In this document: piece by piece, positions 24,022-35,656 of the stretch
How the letters are laid out: each line of letters begins with the position of its first letter
Position numbering within the stretch: the stretch's first letter is position 1
From: Takakia lepidozioides
Lineage: Eukaryota; Plantae; Bryophyta
Assembly (NCBI GenBank): GCA_030704615.1
Contig: CM060731.1
Location: 75,578,001 to 75,642,000 of the forward strand
Direction of reading: 5' to 3'
DNA length: 64,000 nucleotides
The notes under the pieces: generated by a model
Database searches by the model: none
Told to the model about the DNA's origin: nothing
What the model saw: the letters and a program-made list of their open reading frames with translations, nothing else
Made by a program: the position numbers and the translations under genes

Positions 24022-25091
24022 TGTCGCGCGGCTTTTACTCACCCATCCCTTCGCTATCCGAGGCGGAAACTCCAAGATAGAAGAGTTGGAAATCTCTAAG
24101 CACTCAGCCCGCTCAGAACAATCAGTCATGACCTATAACTAGTGTATCTTGGGGGTGTTTCCTATTTGTTTTCCTTCCCGCATTCATGTTAGCTAGTTAC
24201 CTTATTGTTGGTAATTAAGTATCAGTTTGCTTCAGCAATTTATCGGATTCCATCAACTCATCCATTCGTTCCACAGCTTCACTCATATCTCTCTACACAG
24301 TGTGAGTATGAAGTATGTATCAGATTAATGTCTATCAAGTATCAGGCTGAAGCCATGGTATCTCTATTCTGCTCTACATTACAACTCTACGTCTTGCATT
24401 CAGCAAGTATCAACAGATCGTTCTCCTCCTACTCCGTGCTCTCCCTCTTTCTGCTCAGAGATCCGCTCTCCTCTTCATTTCCTAGTTCTCATTTCCCCAA
24501 GTGATGTCCGAAGTCCCCCCAAGAAGTGCCCCCCAACTCTTTCCAGCAGTGATTCCCCAAGTGATCCAAGAATTCATCATTTTCCAGTCCTTGCTCCTGG
24601 CTTTATCTTCCTACCCGTTGTTCTAACCGTTTCCCTCACTAACCGTCATCCGTGAACTAACATGTTCCGTTCGCAGGTGTTGTTCCCCACAGTCGTTCCC
24701 TGTCCTGCTATCCGTTCCCTATGGTCGTGACAGCTGTGTCAAGCTGTGACTGGCTGTGTGAAACTGTGACCGGCTGTGACCGGCTCTGTCGGGCTGTGAC
24801 TGGCTGTGCGACTGTGTTGGGCTGTGTCGGGCTGTGACGGGCTGTGACTGGCTGTGTGGCTGTGTGGCTGTGTCGGGCTGTGTCGGTTGTGCGAAGCTGT
24901 GACGGGCTGTGTTGGCTGTGACTGGTTGTGTTGGACTGTGACGGCTGTGTTGGCTGTGACGGGCTGTGTAACCCCCCCCTAAAGTGCGCTGCTGTCACCC
25001 CTAAGGCTCCTGTTGGTCTCAGTCTGTGCAAAAATTAAGGGTACCCCACAGATCCCGTAAAAGTGTCTAAGTCCCAGACAGTCCTCTAACA
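24022..25091 (-). repeat. 3' LTR of element B (1070 bp)
   Basis: TG...CA termini. PPT GAGAGGGGAAGGGGTAA adjoins at 25092-25108. Internal GGCTGTG array. Homologous to 29753-30792 and 42145-42803. Confidence 0.92.
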
Positions 25092-25129
25092 TTACCCCTT
25101 CCCCTCTCAAAAAGCCGTGTCCTCACGGT

Positions 25130-27466
25130 TTATTGTTTGGGATTTGTAAACCTTTGTGAGCAAGCACCCTTGTGACGTTGAGAGTCTCGTGAAGGACTCC
25201 GTGTGCGAGCTCGTGTTCTGTCACTGGTTGAGGGAGATGATTGAACACTACCTGGATATGTCAGTCCCTCTGGAGGCTGATATCGAGGTAATCTTTCAAG
25301 CATGGGAGACCCCCGTCGCTTCTTCTCTGCCATCTGTATTGCATAGTCCTCTGCCATGTCAAAAGAGTCCGCTGAAGAAACAGTTGTATCAGAATCCTCG
25401 TCCCCCTTGAGGTGTTGTAACTGTCGAACTTTAACTGGAATTCTCTGGGGCATACAATGTTGTCCCACCATGTCTGGAAGTTTAAATTGTAAAACTTGTT
25501 GTAAGCGCTGAATTGCAAAATTGGTGAAGACCCTGAGCTCCTTGTCTGTCCATGTGAGTTGTGTACCAATGACTTGTGAATTGTGCAAATATTTCCATGC
25601 CTCATGTCTCTTAAAGAAAATATCGTCAAGCCCGAATTTCTGTGTTGACAAATTGTTCCAGGCCGCATGAAACCATGAACGAATCTGAGAATCCTTTTGC
25701 ATCATAACTTTTGCCTCATATAGGTACATATGAGGTGGCACTGAAGGTAAGACCCAATGATCCCCACTGGAATAATTCAGAAAGCGCGTTTGCATCTTCT
25801 GTTGCTCAATGTGATAACGTACCAGAAAACAAGCAGCGTAGTATAACCCGCAGCCCATGACAATACTTGCTACCTCCTTGGTCTTGGTATAAATGAATCC
25901 ATGTACAACTTGGAAGGCAATTAATTCCTTCAACATGGTACTTGCCTCATGCCAGTACTGGGCAAAGTGATGATCCTCAATTGGTCGATTATTCGGAAGA
26001 ACTTTAGTCCTAGTGGCCACTGGCAGCCAAATGCGCATGATTTGATAGTAATGTGCCAATGATTGTGGAGGACTAAATTCTTTCCAAGCTAAATCCAACA
26101 CAATGGGAATTTGGTTGAAGGGCATAATCATAGCCCTACTGTACTCCCTTGCAGCTGGAGTTTTAGGTGGGTTAAAAGCAGCATTTCCCCATACCTCAGG
26201 CTGTGGTGGCTGTGGTGTGGCTGTAGTAACAACAGGGTCAGCTACTGGCACAGTGATTTGTTGTGGTGTTGGTGGCACTGGCTCTTGTACCATTGGCATC
26301 TCCTGCACCTCCTGTGAAGAAGACTGAAAAGCCAAAGTTCTGGCTTGTAAATAAGAAGCCATTAGCTGTTTCTCAGGTATACAGACTCTCTTGTCGATAT
26401 TTGAAGTGAGGTCCTCCACTTGAGTCTGCAGGCCGTCTACATCCTCCTGTAACTCCGCTATCCTACTATAGACATTGTCTATAGTAGTTGTGGCAATGTT
26501 CTGCACTTGCAGCCTGAGCTCATTCATCTCGCTTTGGGTGAGCTTTCGTGGTGCTTTGCCCTCCACTGGCCCTTGTGCTAACCAGACCTGCATAAGGTGG
26601 TTATCCACCAAGTTGCTTGTGGTTCCTCTGAGAGTGTGCTCCTCTCTGAGTTTGTACACATCTAATTGCTGTTGTAAAGCCTCCATGCGCTTCGCATGAG
26701 GTTCAACCAAACTCGCATAGGCAGCAGCCAGATTATTGGCTTCCTTCCAAGCTTTGTTAGCCACCGAGAGTTCATTTCTATTGGACATGAGTGTTTGTTG
26801 CAACTCAAGGATGTACATCTCTTGGTCAGCTTCCACCTGCCTGTATTGCTTGAAGGTATTCTCATTGCGACAGATTGTATTCTTCATATCGACAATGAGT
26901 TTCGTTTGCTCGACATTCTCTGCCTCTGCCTTCGTACATCTTTCCGCTTGACTGTTTATTTCTATTGTACTTTGTTCAAGCATAGTTGTGAGTGTAGCAC
27001 ATTGTATGGCCATCCTGTCATGCACTGTCTGCAACTCCATATGTAGTGCATTCACTTCTTGCAACTTGCTTTCATGCTTCACCTGCATTTGGTATAGCTG
27101 TTGCTTATGTGCTTCGTGCAACTGGTCTTGGGCGAGGCCTGCCTCAATCAATTGTTCCTTGGCCAATTGCAAAGCCGCTTCTGTAGTCTCTAAGTCTTGC
27201 TGCATCTTGAGAGTGACCTCTTCATCGACCTTGTTTGCACACTCTGTGGCAAGTCGAGCCTCAAACTCCTTCCTGAGTTCCTTCCTCAAAGCTGCCAATT
27301 GGGAAGTTGGAACATGGGATTTGACATAAGTGCCCAACAAATTAAGTGTCCTGCTTATGGAACTCATAAGCATGGCTCGTTGAGGGTCATCATGGTGAGC
27401 TTGCTGCTGTTCTCCCTGATCCTCAACAGTGTGATGCCTCACGAACCACTCAGGCCATTGCCCCAC
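25130..27466 (-). CDS. Retrotransposon accessory ORF (778 aa, long coiled coil)
   Basis: Intact frame between pol and the 3' LTR, in the element's sense orientation. A frameshifted copy lies at ~30830-33170 and a paralog at 19371. Confidence 0.8.
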   Translation of the reverse strand: MGQWPEWFVRHHTVEDQGEQQQAHHDDPQRAMLMSSISRTLNLLGTYVKSHVPTSQLAALRKELRKEFEARLATECANKVDEEVTLKMQQDLETTEAALQLAKEQLIEAGLAQDQLHEAHKQQLYQMQVKHESKLQEVNALHMELQTVHDRMAIQCATLTTMLEQSTIEINSQAERCTKAEAENVEQTKLIVDMKNTICRNENTFKQYRQVEADQEMYILELQQTLMSNRNELSVANKAWKEANNLAAAYASLVEPHAKRMEALQQQLDVYKLREEHTLRGTTSNLVDNHLMQVWLAQGPVEGKAPRKLTQSEMNELRLQVQNIATTTIDNVYSRIAELQEDVDGLQTQVEDLTSNIDKRVCIPEKQLMASYLQARTLAFQSSSQEVQEMPMVQEPVPPTPQQITVPVADPVVTTATPQPPQPEVWGNAAFNPPKTPAAREYSRAMIMPFNQIPIVLDLAWKEFSPPQSLAHYYQIMRIWLPVATRTKVLPNNRPIEDHHFAQYWHEASTMLKELIAFQVVHGFIYTKTKEVASIVMGCGLYYAACFLVRYHIEQQKMQTRFLNYSSGDHWVLPSVPPHMYLYEAKVMMQKDSQIRSWFHAAWNNLSTQKFGLDDIFFKRHEAWKYLHNSQVIGTQLTWTDKELRVFTNFAIQRLQQVLQFKLPDMVGQHCMPQRIPVKVRQLQHLKGDEDSDTTVSSADSFDMAEDYAIQMAEKKRRGSPMLERLPRYQPPEGLTYPGSVQSSPSTSDRTRARTRSPSRDSQRHKGACSQRFTNPKQ

Positions 27467-28724
27467 CAGATTTTCTTCCTGAACATTCTACCTGTGGTAC
27501 CTCCGTCACAGGTGTGTGTATTATATGCACCGCAGGGTTTCCCCTAGACAACCGTTGCACCTCCGGAATCATTGTGTCCTTGACCATACCAGAATATTCA
27601 TAGAGAAGGTCCCCCTTCTCAATTTCTGCCACCACCTGTTCTGTAGTGGGAATATCTAACCCTTCTTTTTCCAAATCAATTATTTCTGGTGGCACTACAT
27701 GGACAACTTGTGGTAACTCTGTGACAAGCCGATCATATGGTTGTGATGGCTGTGATACTGAAGTAACTTCCTCTTCCCTCTCTGAAGGTTCTGCTCCCAA
27801 TAATAGCAGTTCTCTGTGCTGCTGTGCCCCTTCCTGCACAAGAGCTTGGGGAACATTATCATGCGGATTCCGTGAAGCCAGTGGATCCGCCACTACAGTC
27901 TTTCCCCGCCTCTGTCTCTTATTCTCGGGTTGCCCTGCTTGTCCACCCTCACTGTGTGAAGAGCCTTGCTCTTCCATTGCAGTGGTTTTTTGCTCAAACA
28001 CTCCCATCTCCTTTCTTTCTCGAGCATCAAGTATGCCAGAATCAAGAATTATTTGAGCAATGATTGGGCCAGACACTATGATAGGAGACTTTGCGGCAGT
28101 ACCCTGTAATCTTTTCATCTCCTCTACCAGTGCGTTGTACATTATGTCCGCCCATTCTACCTCTTCTCCTCTCAGGGCTTTGAGTATTTCCTCTGTGAAG
28201 GATCTGCTCAAATACTGTTGGTTCTGTTTCATGGCAAACAGAACGTTCAATACCTGGCCTACCTCCCTTAGCCCTGGGTACACGGCCTTGGTACAAGCAT
28301 AACCCTGAGTTTTAAAGAAACTCCCTTCTTGGAATAAGTCCCGTATTTGCAGTCTTGCCCTGTGCTCCTCCACATGCACCTGACCTGCTGGCAATCGAAA
28401 CAATTGCTGTAGGTATAGGGGAGTAATTACTAATTCAACTCCCTTCACCGTTGTTGCTCCTGTCCTAGGCTCAAAGTTCTGCAAGAATTGTAACATGTAC
28501 TGTCTATGGTGCAATGTCCAATCTTTGCTTTGCAATCCTTCCAATCGCAGCTCCTTCAGTAACTTTACCGCCTGTGGAGTAGCAATCATTTGTTTCTGCA
28601 GGATTGTGGTGCTCTTCACCCTGATGTCCTCCATTCCTCTCACTCTCTTCATTCTAGACCCACAGAAATGTTTTGGCTGTAACAATTGAAGAAATCCAGC
28701 TTGATGTTTGACTGCAAAGAACAA
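27450..28724 (-). CDS. Athila/'env-like' type extra ORF (424 aa), probably continuous with the 778-aa ORF in the ancestor
   Basis: QFLQNF...TVKGVELVITPLYLQQLFRLP and VEWADIMYNALVEE resemble the conserved blocks of plant LTR-element extra ORFs. It overlaps the next ORF by 17 nt. Confidence 0.65.
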   Translation of the reverse strand: MFFAVKHQAGFLQLLQPKHFCGSRMKRVRGMEDIRVKSTTILQKQMIATPQAVKLLKELRLEGLQSKDWTLHHRQYMLQFLQNFEPRTGATTVKGVELVITPLYLQQLFRLPAGQVHVEEHRARLQIRDLFQEGSFFKTQGYACTKAVYPGLREVGQVLNVLFAMKQNQQYLSRSFTEEILKALRGEEVEWADIMYNALVEEMKRLQGTAAKSPIIVSGPIIAQIILDSGILDARERKEMGVFEQKTTAMEEQGSSHSEGGQAGQPENKRQRRGKTVVADPLASRNPHDNVPQALVQEGAQQHRELLLLGAEPSEREEEVTSVSQPSQPYDRLVTELPQVVHVVPPEIIDLEKEGLDIPTTEQVVAEIEKGDLLYEYSGMVKDTMIPEVQRLSRGNPAVHIIHTPVTEVPQVECSGRKSGGAMA

Positions 28725-28979
28725 GATGCAGTAGCATTACATTCGACACATTTGGACAGATGACTGGAAATTGGGGAAGGATCAGGAGAGGAAAATAGGA
28801 GGACGACTTACTTCGTATACTACCTCTACCATTCCATCCATGTGAGCCGATACCATGTCCGGTCTGTTTTAGCCATGGATTTTTGAATGAGCTCGGGATC
28901 CAGGAGTTTGGCGAACATGTGCGGGTCTTTCCAGGCTGCAGCGGAAGAGAAAACCAGGCATAAATGGTAAGTTTGTTAT

Positions 28980-29642
28980 TCATTCAGCATGTTCTCTAGT
29001 CTCTTTCTTTTTTATCAGCATAAACGTATGGTTGCCACAAAAAGCTATGGGTAATTTCTTGTAAGCATGCGGGGCTTGCAAGCATCGATGAAGAGAAAAG
29101 ATCCGCTCTATTCTTCCGTCCTTATGCCACTGCGTAAGTAATATTGCGAGCGTATAGTCTGTTAGTTCCTCCATAGCTTCAAAGCTATAGTATTGATGGT
29201 TTGTCCCGTCAAGACGCCCGTTACTTAGAACGACGCCGACTCTTGCGCTTAAATTCCCTCCAATTTCTTGATCCCTTTTCTGGCTTTCGATTGGCTGTAA
29301 CCGCTGTGACTGGATTTTAGATTTAATTTTCTTTAGTGGACTTTCCCTGATGGACTGTCCACTAGGATAACACATGTGACAAGAATTTCGCTTTTCTGTA
29401 CTTGCCGTTTGTTCTGTTGCCCCTTTTCCGTATTCATTAATGGGCCCGCCATTCATCCGAATTGACGTGCTAATTAGGTATTTTGACGGCCATTCTTGTC
29501 CTCTTTCTTGATGACATCTGTTCTTGCACTTCCTTCTCAGCTGTGTGTTGCGCCCTGACTTCCACGTGTCCCTTTCTAAATTGGCTTCCATCCTTTCTTC
29601 CGCCGACCATTTTCCTGAAGTTAGCCTACGTCCACCTGTCAC
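28980..29642 (-). CDS. Third, small accessory ORF of the Gypsy element (function unknown)
   Basis: 220-aa open frame, also present (frameshifted) in copy A at ~34460-35100. Confidence 0.4.
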   Translation of the reverse strand: MTGGRRLTSGKWSAEERMEANLERDTWKSGRNTQLRRKCKNRCHQERGQEWPSKYLISTSIRMNGGPINEYGKGATEQTASTEKRNSCHMCYPSGQSIRESPLKKIKSKIQSQRLQPIESQKRDQEIGGNLSARVGVVLSNGRLDGTNHQYYSFEAMEELTDYTLAILLTQWHKDGRIERIFSLHRCLQAPHAYKKLPIAFCGNHTFMLIKKKETREHAE

Positions 29643-29752
29643 TGATTCTATGGATTGTGTAACCCTAGTAGGCTGTGTTGAGCTGTGACAGGCTATGTCA
29701 TACTGTGGTACGCTGTGATAGGCTGTGTGGCACTGTGGTAAGCTGTGATAGG

Positions 29753-30792
29753 TGTCACGCGGCTTTTACTCACCCATCCCTTCGCTATCCGAGGCGGAAA
29801 CTCCAAGATAGAAGAGTTGGAAATCTCTAAGTACTCAGCCCGCTCAGAACAATCAGTCATGACCTACAGCTAGTGAATCATGGGGGTGTTTCCTATTTGT
29901 TTTCCTTTCCGCATTCATGTTAGCTAGTTACCTTACTGTTGGTAATTAAGTATCAGTTTGCTTCAGTAATCTATCGGATTCCATCATCTCATCCATTCAT
30001 TCCACAGCTTCACTCAGATCTCTCTACACAGTGTGAGTATGAAGTGTGTATCAGATTAATATCTATCAAGTATCAGGCTGAAGCCGAGGAGTCTCTAATC
30101 TGCTCTACATTACAATTCTACTGCTTGCATTCATTAAGCATTACAGATCATCCTCCTCCTACTCCGTGCTCTCCTTCTTTCTGGTCAGAGATACGCTCTC
30201 TGTCTCATTCCCCCCACTCCTTCCAGCAGTGATTCCCCAAGAAGTGATCATTTTCCAGTCCTCGCTCCTCGCTTTATCTTCCTACCCGTTGTTCTAACCG
30301 TTTCCCTCACTAACCGTCACCCGTGAACTAACATGTTCCATTCGCAGATGTTGTTCCCCACAGTCGTTCCATGTCCTGCTATCCGTTCCCTATGGTCGTG
30401 ACAGCTGTGTCAAGCTGTGACTGGCTATGCGACTGTGTTGGACCGTGTCAGTTGTGTCAAGCTGTGACTGGCTATGCGACTGTGTGGGACTGTGTCAGCT
30501 GTGTCGGCTGTGTCGGGCTATGACGAGCTGTGTCGGACTGTGACGGGCTGTGTTGGCTGTGACGGGCTGTGTCGACTGTGACGGGTGTGTTGGCTGTGAC
30601 GGGCTGTGTCGGCTGTGACGGCTGTGTCGGACTGTGACGAGCTGTGTTGGCTGTGACGGGCTGTGTAACCCCCCCCCCCCTAAAGTGCGCTGTTGTCATC
30701 CCTAAGGCTCCTGTTGGTCTCAGTCTTTGCAAAAATTAAGGGTACCCCACAGATCCCGTAAAAGTGTCTAAGTCCCAGACAGTCCTCTAACA
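29753..30792 (-). repeat. 3' LTR of element A (1040 bp)
   Basis: TG...CA termini, adjacent PPT at 30793-30809, homologous to the other two LTR copies. Confidence 0.92.
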
Positions 30793-33700
30793 TTACCCCT
30801 TCCCCTCTCAAAAAGCCGTGTCCTCACGGTTTACTGTTTGGGATTAGCAAACCTTTGTGAGTGAGCACCCTTCTGACGTTGAGAGTCTCGTGAAGGACTC
30901 TGTGTGCGAGCCCGAGGTCTGTCACTGGTTGACGGAGATGATTGAACACTACCTGGATATATAAGCCCTCTGGAGGCTGATATCGAGGTAATCTTTCAGG
31001 CATAGGAGACCCCCGTCGTTTCTTCTTTGCCATCTGAATTGCATAGTCCTCTCCCATGTCAAAAGAGTCCGCTGAAGAAACAGTTGTATCAGAATCCTCA
31101 TCGCCTCTCAGGTGTTTTTAATTGTCGAACTTTTTGTGGAATCCTCTGGGGCATACAATGTTGTCCCACCATGTCTGGAAGTTTAAACTGTAAAACTTGT
31201 TGTAAACGCTGAATGGCAAAATTGGTGAAGACCCTGAGCTCCTTGTCTGTCCAGGTGAGTGGGTACCAATGACTTGTGAATTGTGCAAGTATTTCCATGC
31301 CTCATGTCCCTTAAAGAAAATATCGTCAGGGCCGAATTTCTGTGTTGACAAATTGTTCCAGGCCGCATGAAACCATGAACGAATTTGAGAATCCTTTTGC
31401 ATCATAACTTTTGCCTCATATAGGTACATATGAGGTGGCACTGAAGGTAAGACCCAATGATCCCCACTGGAATAACTCAGAAAGCGCGATTGCATCTGTG
31501 CTGCTCAATGTGATAACGTACCAGAAAACAAGCAGCGTAGTATAACCCGCAGCCCATGACAATACTTGCTACCTCCTTGGTCTTGGTATAAATGAATCCA
31601 TGTACAACTTGGAAGGCAATTAATTCCTTCAACATGGTACTTGCCTCATGCCAGTATTGTGCAAAGTGATGATCCTCAATGGTCGATTGTTCGGAAGAAC
31701 TTTAGTCCTAGTTGCCACTGGCAGCCAAATGCGCATGATTTGATAGTAATGTGCCAATGACTGCGGAGGACTAAATTCTTTCCAAGCCAAATCCAACACA
31801 ATGGGAATTTGGTTGAAGGGCATAATCATAGCCCTACTGTACTCCCTTGCAGCTGGAGTTTTAGGTGGGTTAAAAGCAGCATTTCCCCATACCTCAGGCT
31901 GTGGTGGCTGTGGTGTGGCTGTAGTAACAACAGGGTCAGCTACTGGCACAGTGACTTGTTGTGGTGTTGGTGGCACTGGCTCTTGTACCATGGCATCTCC
32001 TGCACCTCTTGTGAAGAAGACTGAAAAGCCAAAGTTCTGGCTTGTAAATAAGAAGCCATTAGCTGTTCCTCAGGTATACAGACTCTCTTGTCGATATTTG
32101 AAGTGAGGTCCTCCACTTGAGTCTGCAGGCCGTCTACATCCTCCTGTAACTCCGCTATCCTACTATAGACATTGTCTATAGTAGTTGTGGCAATGTTCTG
32201 CACTTGCAGTCTGAGCTCATTCATCTCGCTTTGGGTGAGCTTTCGTGGTGCTTTGCCCTCCACTGGCCCTTGTGCTAACCAGACCTGCATAAGGTGGTTA
32301 TCCACCAAGTTGCTTGTGGTCCCCTCTGAGAGTGTGCTCCTCTCTGAGTTTGTACACATCTAATTGCTGTTGTAAAGCCTCCATGCGCTTCGCATGAGGT
32401 TCAACCAAACTCGCATAGGCAGCAAGCAGATTATTGGCTTCCTTCCAAGCCTTGTTAGTGACCGAGATTTCATTTCTATTGGCCATGACCGTTTGTTGCA
32501 ACTCCAGGATGTGCCTCTCTTGGTCAGCTTCAACCTGCCTGTATTGCTTGAAGTATTCTCATTGCGACAGATTGTATTCTTCATATCGACAATGAGTTTC
32601 GTTTGCTCGACATTCTCTGCCTCTGCCTCGTACATCTTTCCGCTTGACTGTTTATTTCTATTGTACTTTGTTCAAGCATAGTTGTGAGTGTAGCACATTG
32701 TATGGCCATCCTGTCATGCACTGTCTGCAACTCCGTATGTAGTGCATTCACTTCTTGCAACTTGCTTTCATGCTTCACCTGCATTTGGTATAGCTGTTGC
32801 TTATGTGCTTCGTGCAACTGGTCTTGCGCGAGGCCTGCCTCAATCAATTGTTCCTTGGCCAATTGCAAAGCCGCTTTGTACTCTCTAAGTCTTGCTGCAT
32901 CTTGAGAGTGACCTCTTCATCACCTTGTTTGCACACTCCAAGTGCCTCAAACTCCTTCCTGCCAAGTTCCTCCCTCAAAGCTGCATTGGGTAGTGGGAAC
33001 ATGATTTTGACATAAGTCCGCAACAAATCCAGTGTCCTGCTTTGTGAACCCATAAAGCATAAGCCTGTTGAGGGTCATCTGGTGACTTGCTGTTGTTCTC
33101 CCCTGATCCCTAATAGTGTTATGCCTTACGAACCACATCAGGCCTTGCCCCCACCCTTGCCCCCCCACCAGATTTTCTTCTGAACCACTTCATCGTCCAC
33201 TTGGTGCTGCAGTGTCTTGACATTCTAAATGTGGTACCCGGTACCTCCGTCACAGGGTGTGTGTATATATGCACCGCAGGGTTTTCCCTGGACAACCGTT
33301 GCACCCTCCGGAATCACTTTGTCCTTGACCATACCAGAAATATTTCATAGAGAAGGTCCCTCTTCTCATTTCTGCCACCACCTGTTCTGTAGTGGGAATA
33401 TCTAATCTTCTTTTTCTAAATCAATTATTCGGTTGAACTGCATCGACAACTTGTGGTAACCTTGTGACAAGCCCGATCATCTGGCTGTGATGGCTGTGAT
33501 ACTGAAGTAACTTCCTCTTCCTCTCTGAAGGTCCTGCTTTCAGTAATAGCAGTTCTCTGTGCTGCTGTGCTTCTTCCTGCACAAAAACTTGGGAAACATT
33601 ATCATGCGGATTCCGTGAAGCCAGTGGATCCGCCACTACAGTCTTTCCTCCCCGCCTCTGTCTCTTATTCTCAGGTTGCCCTGCCAGTCCACCCTCACAC

Positions 33701-35656
33701 TGTGTTAAGAGCCTTGCTCTTCCATGCAGGGGTTTTTGGCTCAAACACTCCCATCTCTCTCTTCCTTTCTTTCTCGAGCATCAAGTATGCCAGAATCAAG
33801 AATTATTTGAGCAATGATTGGGCCAGACACTATGATAGGAGACTTTGCGGCAGTACCCTACCCCGTAATCTTTTCATCTCCCTCTACCAGTGCGTTGTAC
33901 ATATGTCCGCTCCATTCTACCTCTTCTCCTCTCCTCTTCTCCTCTCAGGCTTTGATATTTCCTTCCTGTGAAGGATCTGCTCAAATACTGTTGGTTCTGT
34001 TTCATGGCAAACAGAACGTTCAATACCTGGCCTACCTCCCCTTGCCCTGGTACAAGCATAACCCTGAGTTTTAAAGAAACTCCCTTCTTGGAATAAGTCC
34101 CCTATTTGCAAGTCTTGCCCTGTGCTCCTCCACATGCACCTGACCTTTGGCAATGAAACAATTGCTGTGGTATAGGGGAGTAATTTCTAATTCAACTCCC
34201 TTCACCGTTGTTGCTCTTGTCTTAGGCTCAAAGTTCTGCAAGAATTGTAACATGTACTGTCTATGGTGCAATGTCCAATCTTTGTTTTGCAATCCTTGCA
34301 ATCGCAGCTCCTTCAGTAACTGTACCGCCTGTGGAGTAGCAAATCGTTTGTTTCTGCAAGGATTGTGGTGCTCTCACTTGATTTCCTCCTCCATTCCTCT
34401 CACTCTCTTCATTCTAGACGACCACAGAAATGTTTGGCTGTAACAATTGAAGAAATGCCTGCAGGGCACAACGCATAAACGTATGGTTGCACAAAAAGCT
34501 ATATGTAATTTCTTGTAAGCCAGCGGGCTTGCAAGCATCGATTAAGAGAAAAGATTCGCTCTGTTCTTTCGTCCCTATGCCACTGCGTAAGTAATATTGC
34601 GCATGTATAGTCTGTTAGTTCCTCCATAGCTTCAAAGCTATAGCATTGATGGTTTGTCCCGTCGAGACCCCTTACTTAGAACGACGCCGACTCTTGCGCT
34701 TAATTCCCTCCAATTTCTTGATCTCTTCTCTTTTCTGGCTTTCGATTGGCTGTAACCGTTGTGATATGGATTTTTGATTTAATTTTCTTTAGTGAAGCTT
34801 TCCTCCTGCTGTCCTGTCCACTAGGATAACACATGTGACAAGAATTTCGCTTTTCTGTACTTGCCGTTTGTTCCGTTGCCCTGTTTCCGTATTCATTAAT
34901 GGGCCCGCCATTCATCCGAATTGACGCGCTAAGTAGGTACTTTGACGGCCATTCTTGTCCTCTCTTCTCTTGATGACACATGTTCTTTCTTGCACTTCTC
35001 CAGCTGTGTGTCGCGCCCTGACTTCCACGTGTCCATTTCTAAACTGACTTCCGTCCTTTCTTTCGCCGGCCATTTCCCTGAAGTTATCCTGCGTCCACCT
35101 GTCACTGATTCTATGGATTGTGTAACCCTAGTAGGCTGTGTTGAGCTGTGACAGGCTGTGTCATACTGTGGTACGCTGTGATAGGCTGTGATGCACTGTG
35201 GTAAGCTGTGATAGGCTGTGACACTTGTTGTATTTCGTGATAGGCTGTGTTGCGCCGTGCTGGGCTGTGATAGGCTGTGTGGCGCCGTGCTGGGCTGTGT
35301 AGGCTTGTGTAAGGTTGTGTCCCGTCGTGATGGGCTGTGATAGGCTGTGTCTCGTCGTGATGGGCTGTGATAGGCTGTGTCACGCTTGTTCTGCCCGCCC
35401 TGGTCATATATGCTCGGCCTAGCGTAAGTGCTCCATACTCCGTTGGTAACACTGGCGCAGCCCGTGACTACTCTTGCGTTTCAACATGTAAATCATGCTG
35501 CAATGGTTTTGTCATGGATACCACTGTAACCCTTCAACTTATTGGCATTGACTCTTCCCAGCTTTCTTTGTTAATGGTTTGTAACATGGCGGTGTTGTTA
35601 TCATACATCTTTGTTGACATAAGGTCCTTTCCCATGGTGATTTAAGCTTAGAAGCT

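Noticed and set aside
24708-25031. His/Ser/Gln/Pro-rich ORFs (also 30472-30732, 35111-35452, 1504-1968, 50749-51462)
   Set aside because: These are translations of simple tandem repeats.
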